64,000 bases of DNA from Phoronis australis (lineage: Eukaryota; Animalia; Phoronida). The notes under the pieces were generated by a model that saw nothing but the letters and a program-made list of their open reading frames with translations, was not told where the DNA came from and did no database searches. Positions within the stretch are counted from its first letter, which is position 1; each line of letters opens with the position of its first letter. A program made the position numbers and the translations under genes. Positions 1 to 14,330 of the stretch are shown here, piece after piece. The stretch is from NCBI GenBank assembly GCA_002633005.1, contig NMRA01000811.1, positions 1 to 64,000 on the forward strand. Reading direction: 5' to 3'.

Positions 1-44
1 CAGCACTCTACCCTGATGATGAGAAGGAAGGTATTATTGGCAAT
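1..44 (+). CDS. Possible exon fragment of an unidentified + strand gene entering from the left
   Basis: Open in two frames (ALYPDDEKEGIIGN or QHSTLMMRRKVLLA) and ends at GTAAGT (45-50). Candidate acceptors at 211 and 531. No family recognised. Confidence 0.3.
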
Positions 45-1216
45 GTAAGTAGTTACATGGCTTATTGAATGTAGGGAACTGGTGTAAACGGAATGTATGT
101 TGACGTCTGGCATGGTGCCCATGGTGCCGACACTCTACCCAAATGCATGTCGTTGATATGCACATGTAAATTATATGAACTGCCTAGTTTGTTGTATTTT
201 GTATCCTACAGTAGACCCATTCAAGAACAATGATGACTTTGTGCTCTCAGTACATCAGACACTGTATTATTTTTATGTTATGAATGCTTTTTAAATAAAA
301 CCAGATTAAAATTGTTAATAATTCAGCCACAAAGTTTAAACAACCCATGTTAAGTGGACATTGTATATTAATAAGTTTCCAATAATGACTTTATGTATGC
401 TACATAATGCTATTGTGTTGGACTGACTGTGCAGTTCTAATCACTGCAGTCTAGTTGTCAAAACCCCTATTTTTGTAGTTTTTGATCTCTTTTATAGTTA
501 TTTGACGCTAATGTTTACTTGACTTTTTCAGATTCGAAACGAAGTGTTCTCACTAAAAATGTCATCCACATAACAGCCACTTTTTCACCGAAAAAGTAAT
601 CGCGATTTACGAAAAATTCTTGTTACCTAAATGGCCTAAATGTGGAAATCATGACATGGCTCGTTTAAAATGTAATAAACCCATCTTCCCATTACAAAAC
701 TTTGATTCAGACCACTTACTGTTATGAAATTGGTCTAAAATTGTTGCTTAGTCAAATTTCAGGTGGTTCTAGGGCTTCGAAAGAAGTGGCAGTTTACCAT
801 TGCTAGACACCTTAACCTACATGTTGGTTCGCCACGGCATGTCATTTTATGTACTAAGCACAGTCTCAAGGAATAACAAACTGTTAGTTCTTTGCAAATC
901 CGGAAGTCGCTTCTCATCTGAGAAAGAAACAAGGCGAGCGGTATCTCAATCAAAAGTTGGACGAAACATGCATTTATAGGTGCTTTAATTTAAACAAATT
1001 GGTCTCAAACGTCTGCTTTCTAGAAATTACTTTCCATTGAAAACAGGCCAAGAGATAATCTGAGCTGGTAAAGATAACATGTTCATATCATAGATTTAAT
1101 AGGTATTAAATAAATAAACCATTAGGGCCTACACTAAAGTAGGGTCTGCAACATGACAATATCGATATGCAGGAAAATGACTACCTCATATTTTATTAAT
1201 TAACTCTCTCAAGCAT

Positions 1217-1339
1217 CATACTGTGATCACAGACCAGTCATACTGTGATCACAGACCAGTCATACTGTGATCACAGACCAGTCATACTGTGATCACAGAC
1301 CAGTCATACTGTGATCACAGACCAGTCATACTGTGATCA
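1217..1339. repeat. 22-bp tandem repeat (catactgtgatcacagaccagt), about 5.5 copies, ending at an N
   Basis: Identical units, each containing the 12-bp palindrome CTGTGATCACAG. Truncated by N at 1340. Confidence 0.95.
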
Positions 1340-1397
1340 NTAATAACACCCTCTCTATAATAGACAGCCTGTTGTTGACATACCAAAGTACACTTAC

Positions 1398-4300
1398 CAA
1401 TCCATACCACATATATGCCCCCACTATTCTCAGCCAGTTCCCAAGTGCCGACCTGAAAAAGTGGACAACATGGATGGTTTAATAACATACCGGAAGTTCT
1501 GAAAGTTCATGCGATTCATAGCACCGCACTTGATAAATCTTGCTCACTTTTGCTCTTAGAAACTGCATTTAAATTTAACCAACAGTAGATTTTTTTCATT
1601 ACTGGGACTTTCCGTAAATAAGCCCATGGGCGTGTATACGGAAAATGAGAATTTTCAGGACCTGGTGTTTTAGTAACACCAAATAAACGCCCGGGTATCT
1701 ATTCGAAAAAGGAGGCGTGTAAGTCCTAGTTTTGCTGACTTTTGACATTTTTTACTTAAAACTGTGTTTTCAAGTATTATGTTTAATATTTTTAAATATT
1801 TAAAAATGCATATTTTGCCAACATATTGTTTGTTTTTGTAAATGATAAAGACTCCAAAAAACTGAATTTGTGACAAAAACTGGATACTGAGTGGCCTTTT
1901 AAGAAGAAATTTTCCAAATAAATCCCCACTATCTGGACACTTGACACCAGAAGTTGTAACAACAACTAAACGCCCATGGACATTTATTTGGCATAATTTC
2001 CCGAATAAATGCCCATGGGCGTTTCATCGGGTGGACTTATCTACGGAAATTTTTTCGTCCCAAACTGGAGAAGTTTACCGTAATAAATCAAAATTTTATA
2101 TTCTACTCATGAGCCATTGTTTATAACAACACACTGTACTTTGAAATGAAACAATCACAGCTCATATATTGAACTGTATTGAATTTGGAAGTCACTTACA
2201 GTGACGCCGATTCCAGCCAACAGGAGGACGATTCCAACAGTCATGAATATACATGCCCTGGTGTGAGCATAGTTCTTCCCAACAGAGGACCTAAAGGTAA
2301 AGCAGTCATAATAAATGAGCTAATTGGGGATACGCATGCACTGAGAACACAGCTCTTTCCAACAAATGATCTAAACAGTCAAACAGTCAATTACCAATTG
2401 GTCATACCATCGATAACTAAGTGGTCATACCATAATATATTGCGTGTTTGACGAATGTCAACATAACTCTTTTCCACTAATTACCTCAACTTTTAATGAT
2501 CGGTTGGAGAAATGGCTCTGCTCATAAATATTACACAACTAAGACAATAGATATTTTCTGATATAGCGGCAACATGGTATACACCGTGCCACTAGATGGC
2601 GAAAGCGTAGTTGGTGGACAGCACTCTTGTATCGATTTAAGGTTATGTAGGACCCTCAAAAAATAGGATTCATGATTTTCAAAATAATTGAAAAAAGGAA
2701 TATATTTGTATCAAATGAAATTTGGTCACATTATTGATACCATTGTTTAGCTACCAATCTACCTTTCTTTTTTGGTAATTGAAGTTTACCAAAAAGACAT
2801 AGTCACATGACCCAATTCATGACAGATTGTTAAAAATAAAACTGTATGGCTTTCCTCTTTCAGAACATATATACTAATACTTGCTAAATACAGACATGTC
2901 GATAAGGACCAGCGGGCTATTTCCAAACGCGTAATCATAAATTCTTAGGGACCATTATGTCATCAAACTGACACTGTTGTAAAGTAACACATTCAAAAAT
3001 TTCACACATAAATAACCAATCCAAATGTCTGGCCATGAATGACAGAAACTGCATTCCTTCTCAACTCATACCAGCTAGCACACCCGAATCCATGTTGAGT
3101 GAACTGAACAATGAAATGGTGAACTTGAGTCTGACGGAAACAATAAACACCCCCTTACTTACACATTGTGGCAATGGGGGCACCTGGCCAACGCGGTGGT
3201 TGCTTGGTTGAACTGAAAACAGAGAAACAGGGGAAATAATTAAACCATAGAGAAAATAAAGTTTAATGTGTCCAATTATAGAATGCGTAAAATAGACAAT
3301 ACAAGTTACAAAATGAAAAAAATATATATCTTTTAAAGCAGCTAGAAACCTACCATACAAAAAAATCAAAAACATTTCTCTTTGACCACCTTCCATGAAA
3401 ATTGCAACCTACGACGTGCCTAATTATACAAACAAAACAAAACAAAACAAAAAATCTGGAGTTCGTAACAGATAAACATTTTGCCATGTAATAATGTTTG
3501 AGACCAAACAAATAACCAACATGGTAAAGCTCACATAGTCTTGTCAGTCTCAATATGGCGTGGGAAATATGTTGCTAACATTTAAGTCCCGTCGGACGTA
3601 TATTCATTAGGTCACGTGATGTGGCCAACAGATGGCGTGCTGACGGGACTTAATTGTTTGCAAAGCCAACATTGATCCTGGTCTCGAGCAATAACAAACT
3701 GTATTCTAAGTCGAGAAATAACTTCTGGGTTAGAAAAGTTTGAGACCAATTATGGTAAGCAGTTGAGATCACGTTCTAGTTTTAAAGTAGGATTTACAGC
3801 AGCTTTTAGTAAATCTATGTAAACCATTACAAGTAAATAAAGTCCCCTTTCTTGAAATAAACATTCCAAGAAGTTGTATTGATTCAGAAGTACAATTTCA
3901 GCATTGACAATGAACAAGCAAAGGCAAATTACAGGTTGAATGCGAGACTGTATATCCACCAGGTGGCGCTAATGAATGAAGGCTCCTATCTTCAACACCT
4001 GAATAGATTGAGAGCAGAGAGCAGTTCACCAGCACCAGTATGGTCGTGTTCCATTTATTGCACACAAAAATAATCATGCCAAAATTGTCAGCATTACATT
4101 TTTTAAAGGTAGATTACTTTAACTGTTAATGATGGAACTTTTGTTTTATAACATCTACTCACTTAAAGCTATGCTAGTGACAGATTAAAAATTTCTTAAT
4201 CTTTATTTTTGTGGAACATTTTGACATCATAGAATTTCACGTCACTCATATGTGAAGAATTACCGTGGGCAAACAGTCCAATGTGACTAATTATGTACAA

Positions 4301-7300
4301 AATGCAATTCTCAAAGCAAGACTGTTATCACACTCTAGCGCCACCTAGTTGTTCACTAAAGCACTCAAACACAGAAACTTCATTATTTTCATTTTAAGCT
4401 GCATTTTGCCATTTAGCTGGCAAAAGAACAAAAATTGAATTGAGTCTCATACCCTAGTACAATCGGTCTTATAATCTTTAGCGTGGTAGGAATCTATTTC
4501 TGTTACCAACAAGAACATCGAAACCATCAGGAACAAGAACATCGAAACCGTCAAGTGACTCAAGAAAACGCTTCAGTTGGTCAAATGCTTGAGAGTTTAA
4601 TGGGTGTTGGCCAAACCTAAAACTGTGAATTAGAAAATGATGCCTGACTCGAGTAGATAATTGCGGGACCAATTTTATGAAAGTAAATTAATGTCTTAAT
4701 TAATTCTTATTTTTTAGCCAGATAAACAGGGTGGAATGCACTTAACATATACTAACCAGGAATGTCTCCTGACAATGGCCACATGCCACCCGTCTGGTGT
4801 TAGAGGTCCTAACAGTCACAGTCACAGCTGAGGGCCCAAGGTTGATGATACGCTTGCTGTAATTACAACATTCAAACTTCGCTCATCCTAACAAGTTTAT
4901 GTTTTACTGCTTACAAAATGTAGTGTTGGGTGTTTAGTTTAGCTACTTACATGCTTGAAGACATTGACGAATTGACAATAAAAATAGCTACTAGGTGTAA
5001 AATACATCAAATCCGTCCGAAAATGGGAAGGCATCGTCATCTTCAAAACAGAGACCAATTTACCAAATTCCTTGAAACTCCATTACTAGGAGGCACAGCT
5101 GTAGTCCGACAAGCCCTAAATGTGTCGTCATCTACCAAATCTTATTAATACTACGATTCTGCAAAAGCTTCAGGATATACAGCAGCAGAGGTGAGACACC
5201 CACACAGACAGACAACAACATATAGCATGGGCATACAAAATGAAATTTCAGTAACCTGCCATACTTTGCGATAAATAGGACTTGGTGAAAAATTGCCTAA
5301 ACAGGAAAATAATGATATAAAACTCTGCTGCATGTGATACATAAAGAAGTTTCCACTGGTTAACTGCTTATGACACAAACACTAAAACAACATAGCAAAC
5401 AGTGAACATGCACACTCACCAGTTGGGTCTCGGACAAGCTATCTTTTGGGACGTGGCCTTACAGACAAGCAAGCAATTGCATGGACATCTCACATACTTC
5501 TTACCAGGTGGCGCTGCTTTTATGGCCTAAAAGAGGAAAACAAAACTGGAGGGGATGGACACCATAATTCTCGGAAAGTACAGCTATCATAATGCACCGT
5601 CCTACTGTAGTTGGGACAGGCATTTTAGATTCAGTGTAGACTTTTGGGTAAGAGTCAGAGGTCCCGAATTTTAAGAACCACAGTTTTCTCTAATGAATAA
5701 CGGGTGTCAAACTGGTTCTCAAAATGCAGCACCCCTTTGAATGAATATTGCTGACTTTGTTACGGATAGCACAAGACATCATGTACACAAAGGATTGTCA
5801 GATAGCCATCCAAAGCAGCCTATACCAGTAGACGTAGATAAACAAACAGCAGAAAGTATTTCATTTTAGTAGCAAGTATTCAGAGAAGTTCAGCTTGTCA
5901 TAGCCGCAAGTAAACTGATAACGTTTATCCAAAACCAACTCCCAACTTACAAAGCAGAGGATTGCCTTTGTGACACTTTCTGTATTCTGAATTGGATGAC
6001 AAGTAATATCCCACAAATCTATGCTAGACTTTCTATTTCCGTAAATAGGTCAATGGTTCAATTTTGCACACACCTAGTTTGTAGGCGAGTGGTCAGCCTA
6101 GAGGCTCTTGAGCAACGTTAAGGATTCACAACTGCATGACAGCGTTTTCCCGTTCAGTGACTTTACCAGACGTAGGGGGTTCTGAGCGTGTGATAACATC
6201 TAGCTTCTTTGTTAACTGCCAAGCGCACTCTTTTGTCTGTTATGAGAACATGCAGGCCACTTATCTACCAGGCTTATTACAGACCACATGTGAACAGTAT
6301 TCGGAAAAAATAGATTGTCGTAACTTCGGTTGCAGGTGGCCGATTTTGGCGATCAAAAACTAAACATGATCACCATTTGACGAAGATTTCAGAAATGCTA
6401 TTGGTTTATGTTCAAATATGTTATACCTTAACTTTTATTTTTTAACAGCACAGACTAGTCAGGGTAGATACAATCTTATTGGAGATGAGAGTAATTATCG
6501 AACAGAAGAGAGGTAGCCCTCTAACCATAAACGCCAGAAGGGAGTTAATCCGTCATGTAAGATATTGGCTACAGGAGTAAACTTCCCAACTTGTTGTTGG
6601 GCTATAGAATCGAACAAGTTGGGAGCAACGGGAAAACACTGTAATGGTGCCACCAGACATTTTCTAGCACAAATGACCCACCGTGTAGACAACAAGTGAA
6701 CCCCTGGACAAGGTAGAAGAAATTTTGTTAGTTTTCTGCAGCATAGATTACTTAATTGTTTATAGCACAGCTAGTCTCTGCAAAAAGCCATGGGCATAGG
6801 TTTGGCTGTAAGGCATAATTGTTCATTAGTAAACAAGCTGAACTTCAATCACTATGCAGTTGCAGACATTAACTGTAGATTGTTCATATCTTATAGCTGA
6901 ACAAGTGCACACAATGCCTATGCATAAATCAAGACTCAATCGTAGTCAGTTCAATACAGCACTCAAAGATAGATTTAAATACCAATTTGATTTCTGGGCC
7001 GTGAAGTCTTCTATTGTATGCACTTACATCTGGGTCATCGGATGCACTGAATAGCATAACTTACCATAACTTGCCATGCAACGGAAAAATCTCATCAATT
7101 TCGGTCAAATTGCCACAGTTTGCCTTTTTCATTTTTCCGAAGCAACAACTTTGTCGTGAATACCCGCAATTCCTCAAACTATACATTCTAATGGTAGGTA
7201 AGATAAAGTGAACTTGAAAAGGGTTAAGTTGTTTCTTGGTGCTATTTCTCTTTTATATATAAACAAAAAAATAAACTTTTACTTGTCGGCCATATTGGAT

Positions 7301-10300
7301 CATTAAAAAGACACAGTTTCGGCTTACTGACATATATTAAAAACGACGTTCACATCCAGTTCTCGTGACAAATGCTTTAGGTGAGCCTCATAACAACAAT
7401 AGGGGAAGACCACTCCCAAGAGCCATAATATTCAATCTGTGATATAGAGAGTGCGAGTTTTCAGTTGAATACTGCTTTTATCGCTCAAGTTGGACGCCAA
7501 TGATGTATAGCAGGTGGCAGAATGAGGGTTGGTTGAAATCACCAAAATATGGTTTGGTGTCCTTTTAACTGGCAAGGATATTCTTGACCAGGTTTGAGCT
7601 TGTGCCCTTTGGGCGCACCTGATGATAAAAATTATGCCTTTTTTCAAAAAGTTGTGCCCAGTAGACTTGGTGTAATTAAAGTAATAACATAGGAAACAGA
7701 AACCTCCAGGGCAAACGAAATAAGAACAGAGTCCGTGTTAAAGTTGTATTAAAGAGACAACCTGACAAAGACTTTAAACAGACTGTTCAGCTGTGGTGGA
7801 ATTATGAGAACATACTGGCTGCAAGTTGACTAGAATCTTACATATTTGGAAGAGTTTTGCGTGCCTGGAGGGCGTACTGCTGCAATATACTTGTGCCTTT
7901 TTATTTTTTTATGCAAAGGCGCGGTCCAGGAATATCCCTGAATTGGTGACACATATATTTCCTGCTTTAAACAAACCAGAAAGATTCATCCTTGTTCAAT
8001 AGACATCAGCAAATTGGGTGAACACATTCTAAAATACGAGTGACTACCTCAATAGCTGAGGGTAAATATAAAGACCTGCCACTGAATACACTGTGAGTCA
8101 TAAAACTTACATCTCATCTCTATTGGGTCACCGAACATCTTTTATTAATAAGGAAATACATTGATAAATGAAATTGTGGGGTGATGGCTTTGAAGTATCA
8201 CAATTAGAACTGACGAGAATACAATTGAATCAAACGACTTGTGTGCCCCAAAATAGTTCCTTGAGTTGCAGTCAAACAAAACTGACCAAAAACAAGTTTG
8301 ACTAAATTTTTAAAAAGTTCCCAAAAACCCAATTATATGTAAATGATTCCCAGTTGGTATTCTGCTCAGAAAGGTGACATTTTCACAGCCAGTTCCTCGT
8401 GAAATGGTGCCTTTTCCGATAAAATTCCCTACACAAGGGTTCACCTTGAGAGCCCAGCAAATCTAAATAAGGTTCCAATTACCGTCACAAACCACAGAAG
8501 GGTTTTTTCAATATTAAATTTATTTTAAAAACTTTTGTTACGAATAATTTGAAACAACACACAAGAATTTTTCTCATTACGTTGTAATTTTTAATTAGTA
8601 ATGGTGAATTGCATTTCTAATCAAACTTTACATGATGCTTGTCGCGCAAAAACTTGCTCTGAACCAAGCGATGAAATGGTTTTACAAATGCAGTTGGGGC
8701 ACTTGCAATGCAGACCAACGATGCAGAGGATGAAAAAAGGAAAAGCGCCTGGTAAAAGCATGTAGTTGTCTTCATGATGAATATATATAGGTCACGCAAT
8801 AGCATTATCACCATCCTCATCTTACCGTTGCCTCGCCACAGCTGTCACACTTCACCACATGCTGATGAGTCTTGCCCTGTATGTTGACGAGTGCTTGGCA
8901 CACTTTACAGTTGATGGTCGACACGAGGACCATGCCACCTGGGGTATATGGAGGAGGCAGCTCATTCGGACCCACAGGGGGTGCATTGTGGTTGATCTGA
9001 ACGTCGGGACCTGTGAACAGTTGAATGGACTGTGGTAAAATCACTATTTACTAGGTAATATGCTGTATTGCCAGCAACTGAATTGTGGCATTGATAAGAA
9101 ATACGCCACAATGTCAACAATTTTGTCCACAACCTGGATTTGCATACAATGAGACCACTTGACTGTTAATCCAATATGGAGTAAAGCTTATAACTGCCCA
9201 CCAATGTAGAAATCATGAGCTGTCCAACTCAAGTACCTATTGCATAATACAACATACCGGTATTCTTAACATTAATTATGATGCAAGAACAAAATCAAAT
9301 TATAGAACAGTAGAAATCTCTTTACACACACAATTACTTTGCACACTGGTCTCTCAGGTGGGTCCATTGTACTGATCACATGTGATCATTTGTATGTTTT
9401 ATTAATACATAGTTAAATCCGATCACAAGGGATAGAGACCTAGCAGTGCCCCCTAGTGGGACTCACGGCACATAAACGACCTAAAGTAAAGGAAGTGGAC
9501 ACTTATGCCACTACATCACATAAAATTATGCTTCCTGAACTCGTTTTACCAGTTTCCAGAAAAGTTGTCATATTCAATGTTTTTCTTCATACATTTATTA
9601 TCATTGATAAACAAGTACAAAAGCAAATAAACAAGTATATCCATTCATTCATGCGTGAACACCTCAGGAGAGACCATTCTCATATCTCGTGTTCCTAGCA
9701 AAAGCAAAATGTTGAAAACCCCATGTCCAAAAATAACAAGTTTGTATGAAGAACAATATCGAGGATATGAATGCGAGTTTTGAAATAGTCCTCTGAAGTT
9801 GCTTTAAAAAATCCAAGCTACGGTGTGTCAGGGTTTCTGGAACTTTATTACAAAAAGAAAATAAACTGGAACCACGAAACATTTTAGCTAAAAAGCTAAA
9901 TGCCTAAAGTATTCCAACAAAATGACTCGTAATTTCCTGTCTTAACGGTTGGATAGAAGCTGAATTCATCATCAATGTAGTCCTTCCCAAGACCGAGAAT
10001 GACGAGGAATTAACAAGGAAATGGGTAAGGTAGCAACAGTTGGATACAACATGCCAGTATTTGAGAGCCAGTTTGATGCCTGTTATTCAGTGGAGAAAAC
10101 TGGTTCTCAAAATTCGATCACGTTATACCCAACCATTACCAGTCATTCTATAATAAGAATTCTGCTACCATAATTAGTTATTACGAGACATTTTGCTGTT
10201 AACAGAATTAGCTATCACGACACAGAAACAGTATTTTGTCTGATTATTTTTGTCAGGAATTGCATCAGAAGCAATAATCCTGTTCACCAGTCTAAACTGG

Positions 10301-12737
10301 TACCACGTACGCAATGCTGGAGTCCTAAAGGCACAACCTGCAACCTATAGTAAACTACCACAAAAAGAACGCAAGGTGGGCCATCGGACTATGAACCAGG
10401 ATTTGGTAAATTAAATGGTTGACATGATGTCCTAGGTCTTTATTTGAAATTTTACGGGGGAAATCGTTGCAACAGTTGAACAATCTATTTACAGAGTGCA
10501 ATGTTTAGACCTTATCTGACTGGAATATGACCTCTAGATATTTATCATCCCCCATTACTAATCTATTTCCAAAGGGGTAACAAGGATTGGCCTTGGACAC
10601 AAAAATGATATGAAATCGAGAAGCACGGCAGTAATTCACTTCACGTATACCACAACAACACTCCCGAGAAGACAACAAACAACAAGGCTCGCATGAAGGT
10701 TTCTGTATAAAAAGGGATTGGAAGTGTAACAAACCAATCGGCTGTAGTTCATGGTACAAGGATATCCTGAACACATAGAAAAGTCATAATGTATATAGAA
10801 TTTTAAAATTTGTTGGGTGGCCCATTGTTTGCAGCTTTAACAGAACTGATAAAAAACTTCCAACAACCTGCTAGGTGCCAAAGTATTTTAGGCTAAACAT
10901 GTTTGATCCTTAAAGGGTGAATGTGCAGTTTGGCATTCGCGTGTTGCTGATAACATGAACAATCACTGAATACACTAGTCTTCAAAATGGGACAGTTTCT
11001 TGAATGTAGAATGCCCTGAATTCTCCTTTGCCTGGGGTCAATTCTCCAAACTCGAAATCGAAATTTTGTCTGTATTTTCCAGTCTATATAATTGTGATAC
11101 GTATTTGTCATTCCATACTTGAGTACAAGACACATTAATATTTACTTCAGATGAGTCTCTAGTCCACGTTTGAATTTGATCATCCTCAGATTCAAGCTAC
11201 GAAATAGAGTAAAAATTTCGAGTAATAATTCCAGATTTTGAGTTTCGAACTTATAACTTTAATGCTGGGGTGATGAAGCGCACACTAAGATTACGCAGTT
11301 ATCCATGTTGTTGTGAATGTATGACATGTTTCAAAATATTATCTCATAGTACTTATACTAGGCATTATCAGCTTCATGTCATAACATGAAACTTGGTAAA
11401 GCGGGCTGAGGTTTATGCTAAGGTACATTAGTCACATGTGGAACTTTTGCATTCAAATTCAATCGGTGTCTTTTTTATTTGAACGGGAAAGTACGGGTGC
11501 CATAACACCAAAAATCACCCAACAGTATTTACTTCTTTTCTGGTTGTAAAGATTGTGCAACCCGGGGTCCGCGGGTGCGAGCCAAATTTCGGTACAACGA
11601 GATGGGATTTTGACCAGGTCAACAAATGCCAAGTAATTTTCATACTGTCGAGGGCTGTAGACCTGGTACTATTAAATAATATCTTAAATAAAAAATAGGA
11701 AAACAACATTTCACTTATATGCCACCATGTGTTTTAAATTGGTGACATTTTGCAGTAACATAATTGGAGAAACAAAGGGATGTTTTGCTACAAGAGGACA
11801 ACCCAGAAATTAGAACGGTATACCCATCATTGACACTGTGTCCCTCATTGACTCTATGACTGTTCTTGTTGATTAAACAAGTATGTTATGGTCTTACCTG
11901 TAACAACATTCAAGTATCAAGATGCAATCAGCCTGCACTGCGCGTGTTCCATATTGTTTACTGAACAGCATGTGTACAAAAATTTTGCAGGTCCAGACGT
12001 AATTAAAATTTTTGGTCAATGACGAAAGTCTTCTCTTGTCTATCAGTGTCAATGGTGCACAGCCTCACAGACTTCATATGAGCAGCAAACTTGATGGAAA
12101 AGAGTTCTTAGGCTGTTGCATGTCACTATTTCGAAGGTTCACTACTCAGAAGGTTCACTACTCAGAAGGTTGACTACTCCGAATACCACTACTCCGAATA
12201 TCACTACTCCGAAGGTTTGCTACCTTTGAAATTTCGAATGTCCACAATTCCGAAACTAGAACTCCAGCAGTTCATTACTGATACCCTGCTAGTCTACCAA
12301 TGAGTTGGAACTGACATGAATAAAGTATTGTATTTGTGTCTATTTACCGGTAATAACCATTTAAAGAGTGTGCAAAAGTTGAATAGTTCTCAAATCACTG
12401 CCTGCGTGTACACTGTTTTGCAAACGACCCGTTCAGGGCAATTCACGTTCATCTGACGGGATGTCACCTGTTGACGTTGTTCAGCATTGACTTGGACTTG
12501 GTCATTATCCTGTCGGCAAGTCGTCTTGTTACTGTTAGATCAGCAGTCGGTGTTGAAATGTGTCATTTTACAGCGATGCTAACCCAATTTAAAATTGTAG
12601 AGAAAATGTAGGGTGTTTCATAAAAGGTTTATAATTCGGTACGTACCTGAAAAAGCAGTAACAACGTCACTGTATTGAGGTGGTGGGCTTTCATCCGCCC
12701 CGTCGTTCAGCAAAGGCTCCCTCTCAGCAGCCGCCAT
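1398..12737 (-). CDS. PIP4P1: Phosphatidylinositol-4,5-bisphosphate 4-phosphatase family (TMEM55/PIP4P1/2-like), 7 exons visible, last exon missing
   Basis: Exons 12737-12647, 9010-8826, 5526-5420, 4856-4757, 3212-3163, 2290-2200, 1452-1398, all GT-AG with matching phases. Protein: [10 protein letters not shown] (dileucine motif)...ELPPPY...CKVCQ...[53 protein letters not shown]...LARCPHC...SSVG, then two hydrophobic segments. PIP4P1 versus PIP4P2 orthology cannot be resolved. Confidence 0.93.
1602..2085. mobile_element. Non-autonomous DNA element/MITE-like repeat, related to 29905-30282
   Basis: Repeated internal motif aaataagcccatgggcg. Inverted ends ttccgta...tacggaa. Similar motifs at 29910-29950 and 30220-30282. 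Confidence 0.5.
6140..6370. repeat. Dispersed repeat copy homologous to 14620-14850
   Basis: Shared blocks ggggttctga.cgtg.gataaca, tgttaactgcc, gcaggcca and gattttgg.gat...actaaacatga in the same order. Confidence 0.75.
12123..12216. repeat. Degenerate ~16-bp tandem repeat (tcactactccgaaggt)
   Basis: About six degenerate units visible. Confidence 0.85.
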
Positions 12738-12755
12738 TTTTGTTGTTATTGATCA

Positions 12756-12781
12756 GTCATGTGACCATCAAAAGTCACGTG
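12756..12781 (-). promoter_or_regulatory. Tandem CLEAR/M-box-type E-boxes at the TMEM55 5' end
   Basis: GTCATGTGAC (12756-12765) and GTCACGTG (12774-12781), 19-44 nt upstream of the ATG. YY1-like AAAATGGCGGC overlaps the ATG. Confidence 0.65.
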
Positions 12782-13599
12782 CTCATCATGAAGCCATCGG
12801 CCGGAACCAGCGGGTACGTGGCCGTGTGGCTCACAACTGAAACCTTCAGGCCAGGAGGATGACTCCGGCGGCAAGCGAATTTCACACTGGCGGATCTGGG
12901 ATGCCAAAAGGGGATCCCACCACACCTTAAGTTGAAAAAATGCCCGTTAGCCGCGAGTCACTCCCAGTTCCATGCAATCCCGGCGCGGCTCGGCGGCAAC
13001 TGGCATATTTGATGACAAGTCCTTAGCCCGCTTCTTGAGAATTATTTCTCCAACAGGAAACAAGTGAAACTAGGCCAACACTCCAGTGAATGGGGCCAAG
13101 TATATAAGGGAGTACCTCAAGGATCCATCCTGGAACCCCTCATTCATTGTTCTCTTGAGTTGATGACATCTCTAAGTTCTTTGTCATGAAAAACGTGACT
13201 CCGATGACAGATCCGGACAACCGACTCTGAGTAGTCGGTTGTCCCGGCGGATCTCACCCGTTGTCTGACAAAAACCCACTCTCCGTTACTGAAACCCTAA
13301 GACAAGATAGTGAATCTCAACTGGTTCGCAATAAATGGCATGCAAACAAATTCCAAGACGTGAAATCTGCCGCATTAGTAGGGAAAAAATCAACACATTG
13401 TAAAACCCTCTCCAAATGTGAAATACCTTGTGAACCGAAAGTTAAACTAAGAATAGTCATTGATGACCAATCTAACTTTTGACTCCCATATTTCGGACAT
13501 TTGCAAAAGAGCCTCCACGGAACTCGATCAGTGGACACCACGGCCTAACGATAGGCCCTATGCCGGTAGACTTGCCATTTTTCAATGACTTCTTCATCC

Positions 13600-13895
13600 C
13601 ATGCGCGCACCCAGTCTTGAAAATGGCCGGGGGGCCTCGAATTTCTGTCGACGTGGACCTTTTGCTGACAAAACATTGGGAGGACTAAAAAAAAAGAAAA
13701 AAAAACACACACACACGGGTATACGTACCACCTTCGATCAGAACTGTGCGTCTACGTCTTTTTAGTGCACTTTTGTCACGTTTCAATCTCGGACTTTTTG
13801 TTTCTCTGAAGCGGACCATTTTGCCCACTTCGCCAAACTGGGGGGGGGGGCTGGAGTTCGAGCCCTCCGAGCCCCCCCCCCGGGTACGCGCACTG
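13600..13895. mobile_element. MITE with imperfect TIRs (hAT-like)
   Basis: 5' catgcgcgcacccag and 3' cgggtacgcgcactg. Flanks cttcatcc/atgcatcc resemble a decayed 8-bp TSD. A related left end occurs at 22205. Confidence 0.6.
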
Positions 13896-14149
13896 ATGCA
13901 TCCTTTCAAATTTCAACTACTGTCCCCTGATAATGGCATTTTTGCTCGAAAGAAAATACACTCAATCTGGAAAAACTTCAACTCGGAGCCCGGCTACGTT
14001 TTCACGCGGGTTACAACGACGACGTTAGCACGCACCAACTACTCTTACTAGTAACAAACCACCCCTTCATCTACACAAATTTCGACTTATTGCAGTATCT
14101 AAAATTCCGTGGCGAATCACCCAAGACACTTCACTTTTAAAGCCAAGCA

Positions 14150-14330
14150 AGAAAACAATTACTCCTTTTGCCGGCTACAGCAAGGTTTTAGATATTCCTC
14201 AAGTTAAATCTGTCAAATATGGTAAAAAATATTTTCGCTTCGAGGCTGCTCGGGTCTGGAACAGTCTACCGAATATGCTGCGCACAACAGAGTATTTCAC
14301 TATTTTCTTTTATGATTTATCTAGTTTATA
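14150..14330 (+). mobile_element. 3' fragment of a CR1/L2-type LINE ORF2
   Basis: From 14182 translates KVLDIPQVKSVKYGKKYFRFEAARVWNSLPNMLR, matching the G..sF...a..lWNsLP C-terminal signature of CR1/L2 ORF2. Confidence 0.7.

Noticed and set aside
1217-1339. CRISPR-like array (palindromic repeats)
   Set aside because: Units are contiguous with no unique spacers, the context is eukaryotic, and there are no cas genes. The same applies to 12123-12216, 34045-34297 and 63088-63212.
13213-13246. Perfect 12-bp hairpin GGACAACCGACT/AGTCGGTTGTCC
   Set aside because: Too short for a pre-miRNA and sits among repeat fragments; no function assignable.
13293-13300. AACCCTAA as a telomerase RNA template (similar at 16012 and 28800)
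   Set aside because: Short matches are expected by chance, and I could not build a pseudoknot, CR4/5 or H/ACA domain.
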